A DNA stretch of 64,000 nt from positions 5,727 to 69,726 of IMG/VR virus record IMGVR_UViG_3300036832_000803; one strand, given 5' to 3'. This document shows positions 21,993-30,353 of this stretch, one piece after another. A program made the translations under genes and the position numbers. The notes under the pieces were generated by a model. It saw only the letters and a program-made list of their open reading frames with translations. It ran no database searches and had not been told where the DNA came from. Numbering within the stretch: the stretch's first letter is position 1; every line of letters starts with the position of its first letter. This DNA comes from a virus.

Positions 21993-22436
21993 TCATGCGT
22001 GGCCTTCCTGCCGCGGCACGATCAGTTTGAGCAAATTGATGGCGTGACGCCCAGGCTCGTATTCCTCCATCCAGATCAAGCCCTGTTGGATCGCGGTCTG
22101 GTAATCGATGCCGAACTCGGCCGCGATGCCGATGATGGCTTCGACGCTCGGCATCAGCTTCGGATCGGCGCGCTCGACCGAGATCGACAGGTGTAGGAAG
22201 AGGCCGGCCGGCTGTTCCTCGACGCTGACGGCGGCGCGGTAGCCGATCGGGATCAGCACTTCTTCCGGACGGTGCGGGCGCCGGAATCCCGGCTTACGAT
22301 CGGCGAGCTTGACGACCGCCTTGTCCTCGACCCGGGCTTCCCGAATGAAGCTCAATGGCACCGGATGCGTGCGCGCCCGCTCCATCGCTGCCGCTATCGC
22401 TGTCTTCTCTCTCGATCCAATCAACAGGACTGCCAT
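21993..22436 (-). CDS. Hypothetical protein
   Basis: GAGGG SD, ATG at 22436; SVEEQPAG..HLSISV. Confidence 0.6.
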   Translation of the reverse strand: MAVLLIGSREKTAIAAAMERARTHPVPLSFIREARVEDKAVVKLADRKPGFRRPHRPEEVLIPIGYRAAVSVEEQPAGLFLHLSISVERADPKLMPSVEAIIGIAAEFGIDYQTAIQQGLIWMEEYEPGRHAINLLKLIVPRQEGHA

Positions 22437-22884
22437 TTTTCCCTCGTTTTCGAAGGTCGGGCCGCGCTGCCATCGAGCGGGCCAGGGCATGCAATGCAAT
22501 CTGACAGCTTGGCCGCAGCGCCGCATAGGCGCGCGCCATCCCCACCGCACCGAAAGACCCCATCAGCGCATAGATATCGCCGCCGCCGTTGTCGCTGCGT
22601 TGGCGATCCATGCTCGGATAGAATTTGGCGACCGATACGCCGACAGCGTCGGCGATTTTCTGCAAGCGCCCAGGCGCCACGCGGTTCCTGCCCTTCTCGT
22701 ATTTCTGAATTTGCTGGAAGGTGACGCCGACCGCCGCTGCGAGCTTGGTCTGCGACATCTGTCTCATGACGCGGTGGGCGCGGATGCGCCGGCCGATTTC
22801 GGCGTCAAGCTCGTCAGAACGGGCGCGCAGACCCAGGCTGGTGCGCTTGTCTTTGTCTTTGCCTGATTTGGTGATTCTGCTCAC
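22294..22884 (-). CDS. XRE-family HTH transcriptional regulator
   Basis: IGRRIRAHR..MSQTKLAAAVGVTFQQIQKYEKGRNRV; GGAGG SD. Confidence 0.85.
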   Translation of the reverse strand: MSRITKSGKDKDKRTSLGLRARSDELDAEIGRRIRAHRVMRQMSQTKLAAAVGVTFQQIQKYEKGRNRVAPGRLQKIADAVGVSVAKFYPSMDRQRSDNGGGDIYALMGSFGAVGMARAYAALRPSCQIALHALARSMAARPDLRKRGKNGSPVDWIEREDSDSGSDGAGAHASGAIELHSGSPGRGQGGRQARRS

Positions 22885-22926
22885 GTTTCCTCCGTTCGGG
22901 TTGAAATCCCCTCGATTGTTTCTTTT

Positions 22927-23391
22927 TTAGGAGTGCGTCGCGCGCCAGACCGCCATGCAGCCATCGCAATTCACAACGCCGCGAAGGTCGGAATCTTCGG
23001 CGCCGACCCACTTGTGGTTGGGCGGCCAGTCGACCGGCATGGCCCGCGTGAACAGACACAGCGGCAGTCCGAGATTGAGGATATGCACGACGGCTTCGCG
23101 CTCGATGACTCGGTTGAACGAGAAGCCAGGATTGAGCTTCATCATCTCGACGATCTCGGCGAGCGTCTGGTCGGGCGCATCGCCGAGAATTTCGAAGTGG
23201 CAGCCCGGGTGCGCGCTATCGAAGTCGCGCATGTGCTGCAACCATGCCTGCCCGAGTGCGGCCGGCAGCTTGGCGCGTGCGAAGATCGTGATGTCGCTCA
23301 ACGGGCTATCTCCAAGGTTATAGCCATATGTCGTCCCGCCATATGTTTGGCGGGTTGCTGTCGCGAGGATGGGGAATCCCCCGTATGTCAT
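22927..23391 (-). CDS. Hypothetical protein
   Basis: Fills the gap in the leftward operon; WLQHMRDFD..HPGCHFE. Confidence 0.55.
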   Translation of the reverse strand: MTYGGFPILATATRQTYGGTTYGYNLGDSPLSDITIFARAKLPAALGQAWLQHMRDFDSAHPGCHFEILGDAPDQTLAEIVEMMKLNPGFSFNRVIEREAVVHILNLGLPLCLFTRAMPVDWPPNHKWVGAEDSDLRGVVNCDGCMAVWRATHS

Positions 23392-23491
23392 TTGACAGGC
23401 TATCCTTCATCGTTTCGTCGCACAACGGTTAAATCCGTCGACCTAAACAACAAGTGCGTGAGTGGTGCGATGCTGCCAGTCGTATGATTCA

Positions 23492-24112
23492 TTAGCTCCA
23501 ATGATTGGTGTCGGGCAGCCGTGTTTGTCGGGAAGCTGTCAGCAAACCCATCGCAACGGCGAGCAGCGCCGCGATGGCGAGCGCGAGCGCGCCGATGCGG
23601 TGATCGTTATCAAGATTCGGACTCACGATCGTCGTATTGCGCAGATTTGTCGGCGCTTGCTCACTGAGTCGATCCCCCTTGGTGGGATTGGCATCGATCG
23701 CCAGAAACGTCCGCTCGTCGACAAGCGATGCGACCATGGTCGACGGCGCGGCCGGCGGCTGGTCAGAGATCATCACCGGCGGCGGCGGTGATTGCGGTGC
23801 TGCCGGCGCTGATGGGACTCTGTCCCACGGGACATCGCGGGCTCGCGAGACAGAAAGTCGCACCGTTTTGTCCAACCGGATGGCATGCGGGACGTGGCGA
23901 GCCTGGGCGACGGCGCCGCGCCCGCGCTCGCCTTCGACGTACCAGCAATGGCGGCCGTCGACGATGCGATAGCGGCGCCAGCCGTGATCGGACGGCAGGC
24001 TGTGGTAGTCGGTGACGCATGTGTCGGCCGCGCGCGCCTCGGCCTTCGCTGGCGTGCAGGCGGCGAGCGCCAGCGCCAGGATCGATCCGGCGATGCATGA
24101 GAGGGTTTCCAT
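23492..24112 (-). CDS. Predicted exported/lipoprotein with C-terminal TM segment
   Basis: LALALAAC lipobox-like signal; W..YRIVDGRHCWY; hydrophobic C-terminus. Confidence 0.6.
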   Translation of the reverse strand: METLSCIAGSILALALAACTPAKAEARAADTCVTDYHSLPSDHGWRRYRIVDGRHCWYVEGERGRGAVAQARHVPHAIRLDKTVRLSVSRARDVPWDRVPSAPAAPQSPPPPVMISDQPPAAPSTMVASLVDERTFLAIDANPTKGDRLSEQAPTNLRNTTIVSPNLDNDHRIGALALAIAALLAVAMGLLTASRQTRLPDTNHWS

Positions 24113-24113
24113 T

Positions 24114-24611
24114 TCAGGTATGGGCCGCGCGCGTCTCGGCCACTCCCTGTTCGAGGATCACGCGCGGCTGCTCTTGCAGACCTGCGTCAAGCGCGCGCAC
24201 GGTTTCGAGCACCTGGGTCGCTTTGCAAACGAAGTTTGCGGTATGCTCGCTCGCGATCCGGCTGTGGCCGCGGATCGCTTCAGCGAGCTTCTCCAGGCCG
24301 GCAGCGACCTCTTCGGCGCCATTGCGAATCTCGGCAGCGGCTTGGTCGATCTCGGCGGCGGCTTGCGCGCCGATCTGATCGACGGCCCGAATCGTAATCT
24401 GGCCGATCGTCAGCGGGTCGGCCGCGGACGCGGGCTTGGGCTTGGGCGAGATGGTGGTCTCGGGCTGCGGATCGCGCGGCGCCTTGGGAGCCGGCGGGCG
24501 GCGTTTCACCCGCTCCTCGGGGTGACCGCGCGAATCATTCTGTAACGCTTCGTGAACCGCCGCAACGCCGCGGCGCTCGGCATCGTTCGGATGATTCGTC
24601 GTGTCAGTCAT
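24114..24611 (-). CDS. Hypothetical coiled-coil protein
   Basis: AAAGGAG SD before ATG 24611. Confidence 0.6.
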   Translation of the reverse strand: MTDTTNHPNDAERRGVAAVHEALQNDSRGHPEERVKRRPPAPKAPRDPQPETTISPKPKPASAADPLTIGQITIRAVDQIGAQAAAEIDQAAAEIRNGAEEVAAGLEKLAEAIRGHSRIASEHTANFVCKATQVLETVRALDAGLQEQPRVILEQGVAETRAAHT

Positions 24612-24694
24612 CGGCTCATCTCCTTTGTTTGTCCGCACGCAAAGGCCCTATGGCGTCATGCCGGTGCTTTTGGCGCGCGTTTGTCAAAAAAGAT

Positions 24695-24832
24695 GAGGAA
24701 AATCAAAGGGAAAGGGCGGACTCTGACTCCGTCAATCTAGGTTCGAATCCTAGTCCCCCAGCCAATTGATTTTCCTCGGTTTTCCCAAAATCTAAGCCAG
24801 AACAGGTAGGCCAGTTTACAGGGCAGTTTACC
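24695..24832. mobile_element. attP: core = 3' half of tRNA-Gln(CTG), 24716-24764
   Basis: GCGGA-CTCTGAC-TCCGT..CTAGG-TTCGAAT-CCTAG-TCCCCCA-GCCA with no 5' half; 12-bp inverted repeat GAGGAAAATCAA/TTGATTTTCCTC flanks it; CAGTTTAC direct repeats at about 24812-24831; integrase nearby. Confidence 0.85.
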
Positions 24833-24941
24833 GACGCTCGATCCATTTTTGCCCACTTGTCCTTGTGCCACGGGCGTTTCTTGCATTTTCGCGGTTTACA
24901 GTTGGCCCCCGGCCAGAACTACGGAGCAGCACTCCGTCAGC

Positions 24942-25217
24942 CTATCGCCGCCGCGCCTCATGCGCGGCAACGGAGATGTGCCGCTGCTCGGTCGGCTCGT
25001 CGAAAACAAGCTTACACACTTGGAAGCGAACTCCCTCGATCTCGCCATTGGCCTCGTCGATCTGTCCATCAGCAAGGCGTTGGATTTTGGCCGCCGCCTC
25101 GTCCGCATCGCCCGCCACCACCGACACCGCGAACGTCGCCGTCACCAAGCCGGCATAGACCTTGCGCTCCGCCGGCGGCCGTGGCGGCACCACCGTCGGT
25201 TTCCAGCGCTTGCTCAT
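24942..25217 (-). CDS. Small hypothetical protein between integrase and attP
   Basis: ATGA overlap with integrase stop; GGGAGG SD. Confidence 0.5.
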   Translation of the reverse strand: MSKRWKPTVVPPRPPAERKVYAGLVTATFAVSVVAGDADEAAAKIQRLADGQIDEANGEIEGVRFQVCKLVFDEPTEQRHISVAAHEARRR

Positions 25218-26497
25218 TTCGCCCTCCCGAGATTCTGCGTCGCGAGCTTGGCGAGCCGCGCCTCGCGCTCGGCCCTCGCCCGCTGCCGCGGCGTCAACGG
25301 CCGCGCCCGCTTCGCCTTGCCCGGCTTGAGCCGCACCACATTGTTCGGAAGCACCGTCGGTACCTTGCGCGCTGCCGCTGCATTGAGCCGCCGAATGGTG
25401 TCCAGTTCGAGCTTCTCAATCGCACCGCGCACCATCTCGTCGTCGCGTTTGATGTAGTTGGCATCGAGAATCGAAGCGATCTCCTTGAGGCTGTGGCCGG
25501 TGATCATCGCAATGGTGCGATCCGGGTTGCCGGCGAGCGCCAGCCGCGTTGCCGCCGTTCCGCGCAGATCGTTGAAAGTCAGATTGTCCACATTGTCGCG
25601 CGGTTGCATCAGCCCCGCCTTGATGCTGTACGTGCGCCAAGACGAGCGCAAACCGTTGGGGCCGTCCCGTTTGCCGATCTTCCACGGCTGCCCGTGCTCA
25701 TTGAGCAGGATATGCGTGGCGTCGCTGTAGCGCTCTTTTTTGGCGTCGAGCAATGCCTTCAACGGGCCGCCTACCGGGATCGAGACGGGCACCGGATCGC
25801 GGCGCTTGCCGATGCTCTTGTGTTGCACGAGGTTGAGATGGCTGCCGTCGTAGGCCGCGAGCCTGACGCGCACCAAGTCGCCTTGCCGCTGGCCGGTCCA
25901 TAGCGCCAGGATCAGCGCCTCTTGCAGATGGGGCGGCGCCACGTCGAGGAAACATTTCTCGTCGTCGAGCGACCACACCTTGTCGCGCCGGTTGCCGCGA
26001 TAGCTCTTGTGGCGGCCATGGCAGGGATTGAAAATCAGATCGCCGTCGTCGACCTTGAGCGAGAGGATCGCCGACAATACCGAAAGCGTCATGTCGGCCT
26101 GCCGCGCGCCAATCTGGTCGACCAGTTTCGCATGCCAGCGCCGGATCACGCCGCGAACGACCGGCTCGCGGAAGAGCCGCACCGGCGCTTCGCCGAACTC
26201 CGCTTCGATGCGTGGCATCACCTTGATGTAATCATGCCGCGTGCGCTCGGCGTTGTCCTTGAACTCGCGACTGTCGCAATACTCGCGCATCCAGAGCAGG
26301 AAGCGGCCCGGCGGCAGCGTCTTGCGGTCCGTCACTTTCTGCCAGAACTCGGCGACGAAATCTGCCGTGCCGTGCGGTGCCAGAATGCGCGGCGCCCCCT
26401 TGCCGCGCCACGCAAAATAATAAATGGCCTCGCGGCCGCCGGCCAAAATCTTCGGGACGGCATGGAGCCCCTTCAACGGTTTGCATTTCTCGCACAT
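25214..26497 (-). CDS. int: Tyrosine recombinase / phage integrase
   Basis: TGQRQGD (R), FNDLRGT (H/N..R), ITGHS, DANY (Y); adjacent attP. Confidence 0.9.
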   Translation of the reverse strand: MCEKCKPLKGLHAVPKILAGGREAIYYFAWRGKGAPRILAPHGTADFVAEFWQKVTDRKTLPPGRFLLWMREYCDSREFKDNAERTRHDYIKVMPRIEAEFGEAPVRLFREPVVRGVIRRWHAKLVDQIGARQADMTLSVLSAILSLKVDDGDLIFNPCHGRHKSYRGNRRDKVWSLDDEKCFLDVAPPHLQEALILALWTGQRQGDLVRVRLAAYDGSHLNLVQHKSIGKRRDPVPVSIPVGGPLKALLDAKKERYSDATHILLNEHGQPWKIGKRDGPNGLRSSWRTYSIKAGLMQPRDNVDNLTFNDLRGTAATRLALAGNPDRTIAMITGHSLKEIASILDANYIKRDDEMVRGAIEKLELDTIRRLNAAAARKVPTVLPNNVVRLKPGKAKRARPLTPRQRARAEREARLAKLATQNLGRAK

Positions 26498-26499
26498 TT

Positions 26500-26691
26500 T
26501 CAGTCGTGTTCCTTTAACCAGCGCTTGACTTCATCGTCCTCGTCCGCGAGCGTCGCGCCGTCAGCCGTGACGACGACGATCTTGCCATCGGTGTCGATCT
26601 CGACGCGGGAGACTTTCGCACCCGCGGCCGCGACCGCCTTCATGGCCCGAACCACGTCGCTATGCTTGAATTTGCAGCGACCGCGACTCAC
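26500..26691 (-). CDS. Excisionase-like small protein
   Basis: F..SDVVRAMKA..AAG..VSRVEID.DGKIVV immediately upstream of int; GGAGG SD before GTG 26691. Confidence 0.65.
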   Translation of the reverse strand: MSRGRCKFKHSDVVRAMKAVAAAGAKVSRVEIDTDGKIVVVTADGATLADEDDEVKRWLKEHD

Positions 26692-26749
26692 GCACGCAAC
26701 CTCCATAATATACGGTTAAAACCTTCACGCCACAAGAGGCGAACCTTGG

Positions 26750-27175
26750 TCACGATCTTCGCCGACTTTGCCGTTTGGGCTTCGGCTTGGGCGCCGCGGC
26801 CGGGCTTTCGGCGAGCGCCGCATTGCGTGCGGCCGGCGACATGCCGTGGTCGTAGCGATCCCAGGCGTCGACCGGCGCGTCGGCGAGCGTGCCGCCACCG
26901 CGCTCTTCGGCGCTGCGACCGTCGACCGTATCGAAGTGTTCATCGGCAAAGCGATCGAGATCAGCCAGCACGTTGCGGATCGGCGATACGCTCTTGACGA
27001 TCTCCGACCACAGCGCCGAAAAACTGTTGACGCCCATCGCAAAGGCGCGATCGAAGCCGCGCCGGAATTCACTCTGCGCCTCGGCGCGCGCCACGGCGAG
27101 TTGGTTTTCCAGATCGGCAATCCGCCGCTTGAGCGCCACCACGTCGTCGGCCATGACATTGTCCATCGCGATCAT
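26750..27175 (-). CDS. Hypothetical coiled-coil protein
   Basis: GAAGGA SD; in operon. Confidence 0.5.
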   Translation of the reverse strand: MIAMDNVMADDVVALKRRIADLENQLAVARAEAQSEFRRGFDRAFAMGVNSFSALWSEIVKSVSPIRNVLADLDRFADEHFDTVDGRSAEERGGGTLADAPVDAWDRYDHGMSPAARNAALAESPAAAPKPKPKRQSRRRS

Positions 27176-27178
27176 CCT

Positions 27179-28870
27179 TCATCGTTCGTATTTTTCTTCC
27201 AGAGCGACCAGACGCTCGGCAAGCTCGGGCATCAAGACCCAATCGCTTTTGTCTTTGGGGTCCATCCAATATTCGTCGTGACTGCCGACATCGAAATCCC
27301 TGATCGAGAGATCGGGGCGTGGCACCGTGATCCGCACGTGATACCCCGCCCAATCAAACTCGCGCAGGCCGCGGAAGTGGAACGGGACCGTCTTCTTGCC
27401 TTCCTTGGTCATCCGCTCATGCGGCCGCACGATATGGAAGATGCGCTTTTTGACGCCGGTCTCGGTTAGCTCAATGTCGCGGTCCTGGAAAAAATAGCCG
27501 AGCCGATGCACGTCGACACCAAACACGGCGGTCATGTCGTCCTTTTGCACGTGTACCTTGATCATGGAAAAACCGGCCTGTTCCCAGCGTCTCATGGTGT
27601 CGCAGAACAAGCCGATAAAGAACTGATCCGGTGTTTCGTTGTGAATTTTCGCCCAGCGAACGAAATCCTTGGGGATGCTCCAAGCACGGATCGGAATGGA
27701 TCGCACGTCCAAGCTCCGCTTCAATCCGCGTTTGCCGCCACGGCGGTTGCGCTTGGCGTACAGCTGCATGGTTTCGGTCTTCAGGCTTTTAAGCAGCGCC
27801 AGATCGTCGCCGTCTCGGCTCACAAATACGCCGAACTCATAAGGATGGCCGCCCCCCATCCGCTTCGCCATTTTTGGGTCATGCGTGTCGAACCAGATTG
27901 TCAGCTTGTAGATGTCGCCACCGCTCATCGGCTGCAACTCCGGAGGCGGGCTCGCATACTTGCAAAAGTACATGAACCGTGGATGCCATTTACGCCGGCC
28001 GGGCCGCTCCTTCGATTCCTCGTCCTCAGTTTTTTCGAGATAGGAATTTGTGCCGAAAGCAAAACAGCCAAATGCCGGGCGAACCTGCTTGAACCAAGAC
28101 GGCAAGGTCGGGGGGTATTTCCTCGGCGATTTATCCTCCGGATCGTGCTTGCCGCGAAACTGGACATCGGTCATGAAGGTCGACGCGAGCGGCAGCAGCG
28201 TGATCCCGACCTTCTTATAAAACACGTAGCTGTCAGCATCGTGCTTTTTCATCCGTTTCAAATAAACGAAATATCGCTCCAGTTGATCGAGGATGGTGTC
28301 GCGGAAAGTGAACTCGCCGTATATCTCCTGCTCTTTGATCAGAACCTCATCACCGCGCTTGGTCTCTTCCGCGATCAACAACTCAGGATAATCAAGCGAT
28401 GGCGTCGGCTCGGGCGGCGGCACGATTTGGAGTTTGGGCCGCGGCGGTGCCGGCGCGCGCGTTTGCTTTTCCAGCGCCGGTCCCTTGGGCTCGACGAAGA
28501 TGTCATAGCGCAGCCGATTGCGTTCCAGGCGGCGCCGCATCTTGTCTCTTTCCTCCCGGCGCGGCTTCGCTGCGATCTTGACCGCCTCGACCGCGGCATC
28601 GACCGCCTCGACCGCGGTCCCGACTGCCGCCTTTGCCGCCTCGATCGCGTCGACCTGGGCGAGGGGCTCGCCGGCTGCGCTGGGCGCTTGCGGTCGGACG
28701 ATGTCGAGCGCGCCAGCCAGCAGGGCTCGGTCGCTGACCTTGCGCACTTCGATCGGATACGCCGTAGGCGCCGGCGTCGAGGGCGCGCCCATTGACGGCG
28801 TCACGGGCGGATGGCGGCGCTCGAAAAGTGCGCGAATGTTTCGGAAGAGGCGGCGCAGCCTATCAAACAT
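27179..28870 (-). CDS. Large hypothetical phage protein with C-terminal FHIVRPH.R motif
   Basis: 563-aa open frame; GAGGGA SD. Confidence 0.7.
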   Translation of the reverse strand: MFDRLRRLFRNIRALFERRHPPVTPSMGAPSTPAPTAYPIEVRKVSDRALLAGALDIVRPQAPSAAGEPLAQVDAIEAAKAAVGTAVEAVDAAVEAVKIAAKPRREERDKMRRRLERNRLRYDIFVEPKGPALEKQTRAPAPPRPKLQIVPPPEPTPSLDYPELLIAEETKRGDEVLIKEQEIYGEFTFRDTILDQLERYFVYLKRMKKHDADSYVFYKKVGITLLPLASTFMTDVQFRGKHDPEDKSPRKYPPTLPSWFKQVRPAFGCFAFGTNSYLEKTEDEESKERPGRRKWHPRFMYFCKYASPPPELQPMSGGDIYKLTIWFDTHDPKMAKRMGGGHPYEFGVFVSRDGDDLALLKSLKTETMQLYAKRNRRGGKRGLKRSLDVRSIPIRAWSIPKDFVRWAKIHNETPDQFFIGLFCDTMRRWEQAGFSMIKVHVQKDDMTAVFGVDVHRLGYFFQDRDIELTETGVKKRIFHIVRPHERMTKEGKKTVPFHFRGLREFDWAGYHVRITVPRPDLSIRDFDVGSHDEYWMDPKDKSDWVLMPELAERLVALEEKYER

Positions 28871-28876
28871 CGGGCG

Positions 28877-29086
28877 CTATCCCTCGCTTTTGAACGCCGC
28901 GGCGCGGACGGCGCAATCGCGCGCTTCGACGAGCTTGCGCAATGCGACGGTGCGCTCGGGATTGCGCGGCAGCACGTCGACGATCTGCTTGGCGAGCGCA
29001 TAGAATGACGCGGATAGGTCGCGCATCGGCGCTGACTGATCGAACGTAAAGAATTGCAACATCGGCTCATGCGTGTTGTTGTTCAT
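28877..29086 (-). CDS. Small helical-hairpin phage protein (Acb2/Tad1-hairpin-like)
   Basis: PMLQFF...LPRNPERTVALRKLVEARDCAVRA; GGAG SD. Confidence 0.6.
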   Translation of the reverse strand: MNNNTHEPMLQFFTFDQSAPMRDLSASFYALAKQIVDVLPRNPERTVALRKLVEARDCAVRAAAFKSEG

Positions 29087-29558
29087 TGGACTTTCTCCCC
29101 ATGATGGTGTGCGTGCGGCAATAAGGGCTGCCATGCATCCGCCCGGCGCCGCAAAACCCCCACGGCCGCGACAGCGTTACGGGCCAGCGGCAATGATCTG
29201 GCAAGAGATCGGGCACCTGCACCGGCACTTCCGGTCGGGGCCGCGGCCGCGACGTTGCGGGGAAAAGCCAACCCATATCGGGTCCGCTCTCATATCTGGG
29301 CCGCGGCGTGGTGTTGCGCGCGCGCTTGGGTCGCCCGCCGCTGCGCGTCGTCAGCACGTTGGATCGCGCGGCCTCGCCGACCGGCGTGCGGGGAACCGAA
29401 AGCCCGAGCCGCCAGAGCCGCCCGAGCACGGCGTTGCGGGTCACCGGGAAGTCGTCAAACTCGCTGGCCAGCACGGTCGCGACTTGCTCGGCCTTGTTGC
29501 CTGCGCCGTGTAGCTGGCGCAGGCGCATGTCGCGGTCGTTGGACCATTTGATGGTCAT
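29067..29558 (-). CDS. gcrA: GcrA-like cell-cycle regulator
   Basis: W...R...L..L...G..A..VA....VTRNAVLGRLWRLGL N-domain; L..DHCRWPV..FCG...GSPYC..H C-domain. Confidence 0.85.
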   Translation of the reverse strand: MTIKWSNDRDMRLRQLHGAGNKAEQVATVLASEFDDFPVTRNAVLGRLWRLGLSVPRTPVGEAARSNVLTTRSGGRPKRARNTTPRPRYESGPDMGWLFPATSRPRPRPEVPVQVPDLLPDHCRWPVTLSRPWGFCGAGRMHGSPYCRTHTIMGRKSNEQQHA

Positions 29559-29851
29559 TGCGTGCGCGCCTCGGGCTCGGCCTTGCAACGGGCGGCGGCG
29601 ATCACAGCTAGGTCGACCATGTCGCGAAACGATTCCGGCGTTCCGTTGTGGCAGAACGCGGCGACCAGGAGCGCTTCGGTGGTGATCGCCGACATGACAC
29701 ACTGATCCGGCACGCCGCTTTGCTGGCCCGCATCGATGGCGGCCTGCACGATGACGGCAAATTCAAGCTTCAGGCGGTCGCCGATCTTCATCGAAAGATC
29801 GATCTCCTGATCGTCCATCTGGACGAACCGTCCGTCAGCGGTCGGTTTCAT
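29555..29851 (-). CDS. Hypothetical protein
   Basis: GAAAGG SD; ATGA overlap with gcrA-like gene. Confidence 0.55.
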   Translation of the reverse strand: MKPTADGRFVQMDDQEIDLSMKIGDRLKLEFAVIVQAAIDAGQQSGVPDQCVMSAITTEALLVAAFCHNGTPESFRDMVDLAVIAAARCKAEPEARTQ

Positions 29852-29859
29852 GCGCGTTG

Positions 29860-30235
29860 CCTTTCGAGATGGCGCAAAAAAATATGTGCGGACCAGCAGC
29901 CTTGAACGAGAAATGCCTGGAGAAGAGAAGCGCTCGCAGGCTGCCTTTCTGGGAGCGACCGATCTCCGCACTGACCGACCGAGAAGTCCCGCTTCCCTCC
30001 AACAAATGGCGCACGGTGCGCGAGACCCGTCCGTGCCCGGTTTATCTGACCACCCCGCGCTGCTAAGCCAACGGCATTGCAGTCCTTTCCGATGGCCCCG
30101 ACCTTCTCGGGTGCGTACTTTCCGGCTGCGCATATCCACGTCAGCGGAGCCGGGGTTTTCGGCGGTCGAACCTTGCTCAGTGGGGAGAGGTTCAACATGC
30201 CCTGTGCTGCGGTCGATGATCTCCTTTGTTTGTTT
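29860..30235 (-). ncRNA. Candidate structured ncRNA downstream of the tRNA-like gene
   Basis: No convincing ORF; several 7-8 bp complementary pairs (29979-86/30103-10, 29896-902/29938-44, 29886-92/29965-71). Confidence 0.35.
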
Positions 30236-30240
30236 GCTCG

Positions 30241-30346
30241 TGGCTCTCCCGCGAGGACTCGAACCTCGACCCTCGAAAGGACGGCGCCCTCTGGACCCCT
30301 ATGATGCCCGAAGGCTCCGCGCGTCTACCAATTCCGCCACGGGAGA
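30241..30346 (-). tRNA. Atypical 106-nt tRNA-like RNA with elongated anticodon arm
   Basis: 7-bp acceptor TCTCCCG/CGGGAGA + G + CCA; D arm GCGGAATTGGTAGACGC; T arm CGAGG-TTCGAGT-CCTCG; 13-nt variable arm; 38-nt anticodon arm. Confidence 0.8.
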
Positions 30347-30353
30347 AAACACG

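Noticed and set aside
22294-22436. Meaningful overlapping-gene system between the HTH gene and the 22436 gene
   Set aside because: The overlapping HTH tail is low-information read-through; nothing supports a function.
24716-24764. Functional tRNA-Gln gene
   Set aside because: The 5' acceptor strand and D arm are absent; it is the attP core.
25214-26497. Integrase inactivated (HxxR reads NDLR)
   Set aside because: Catalytic R, R, H and Y are present, this His position tolerates substitution, and attP is intact.
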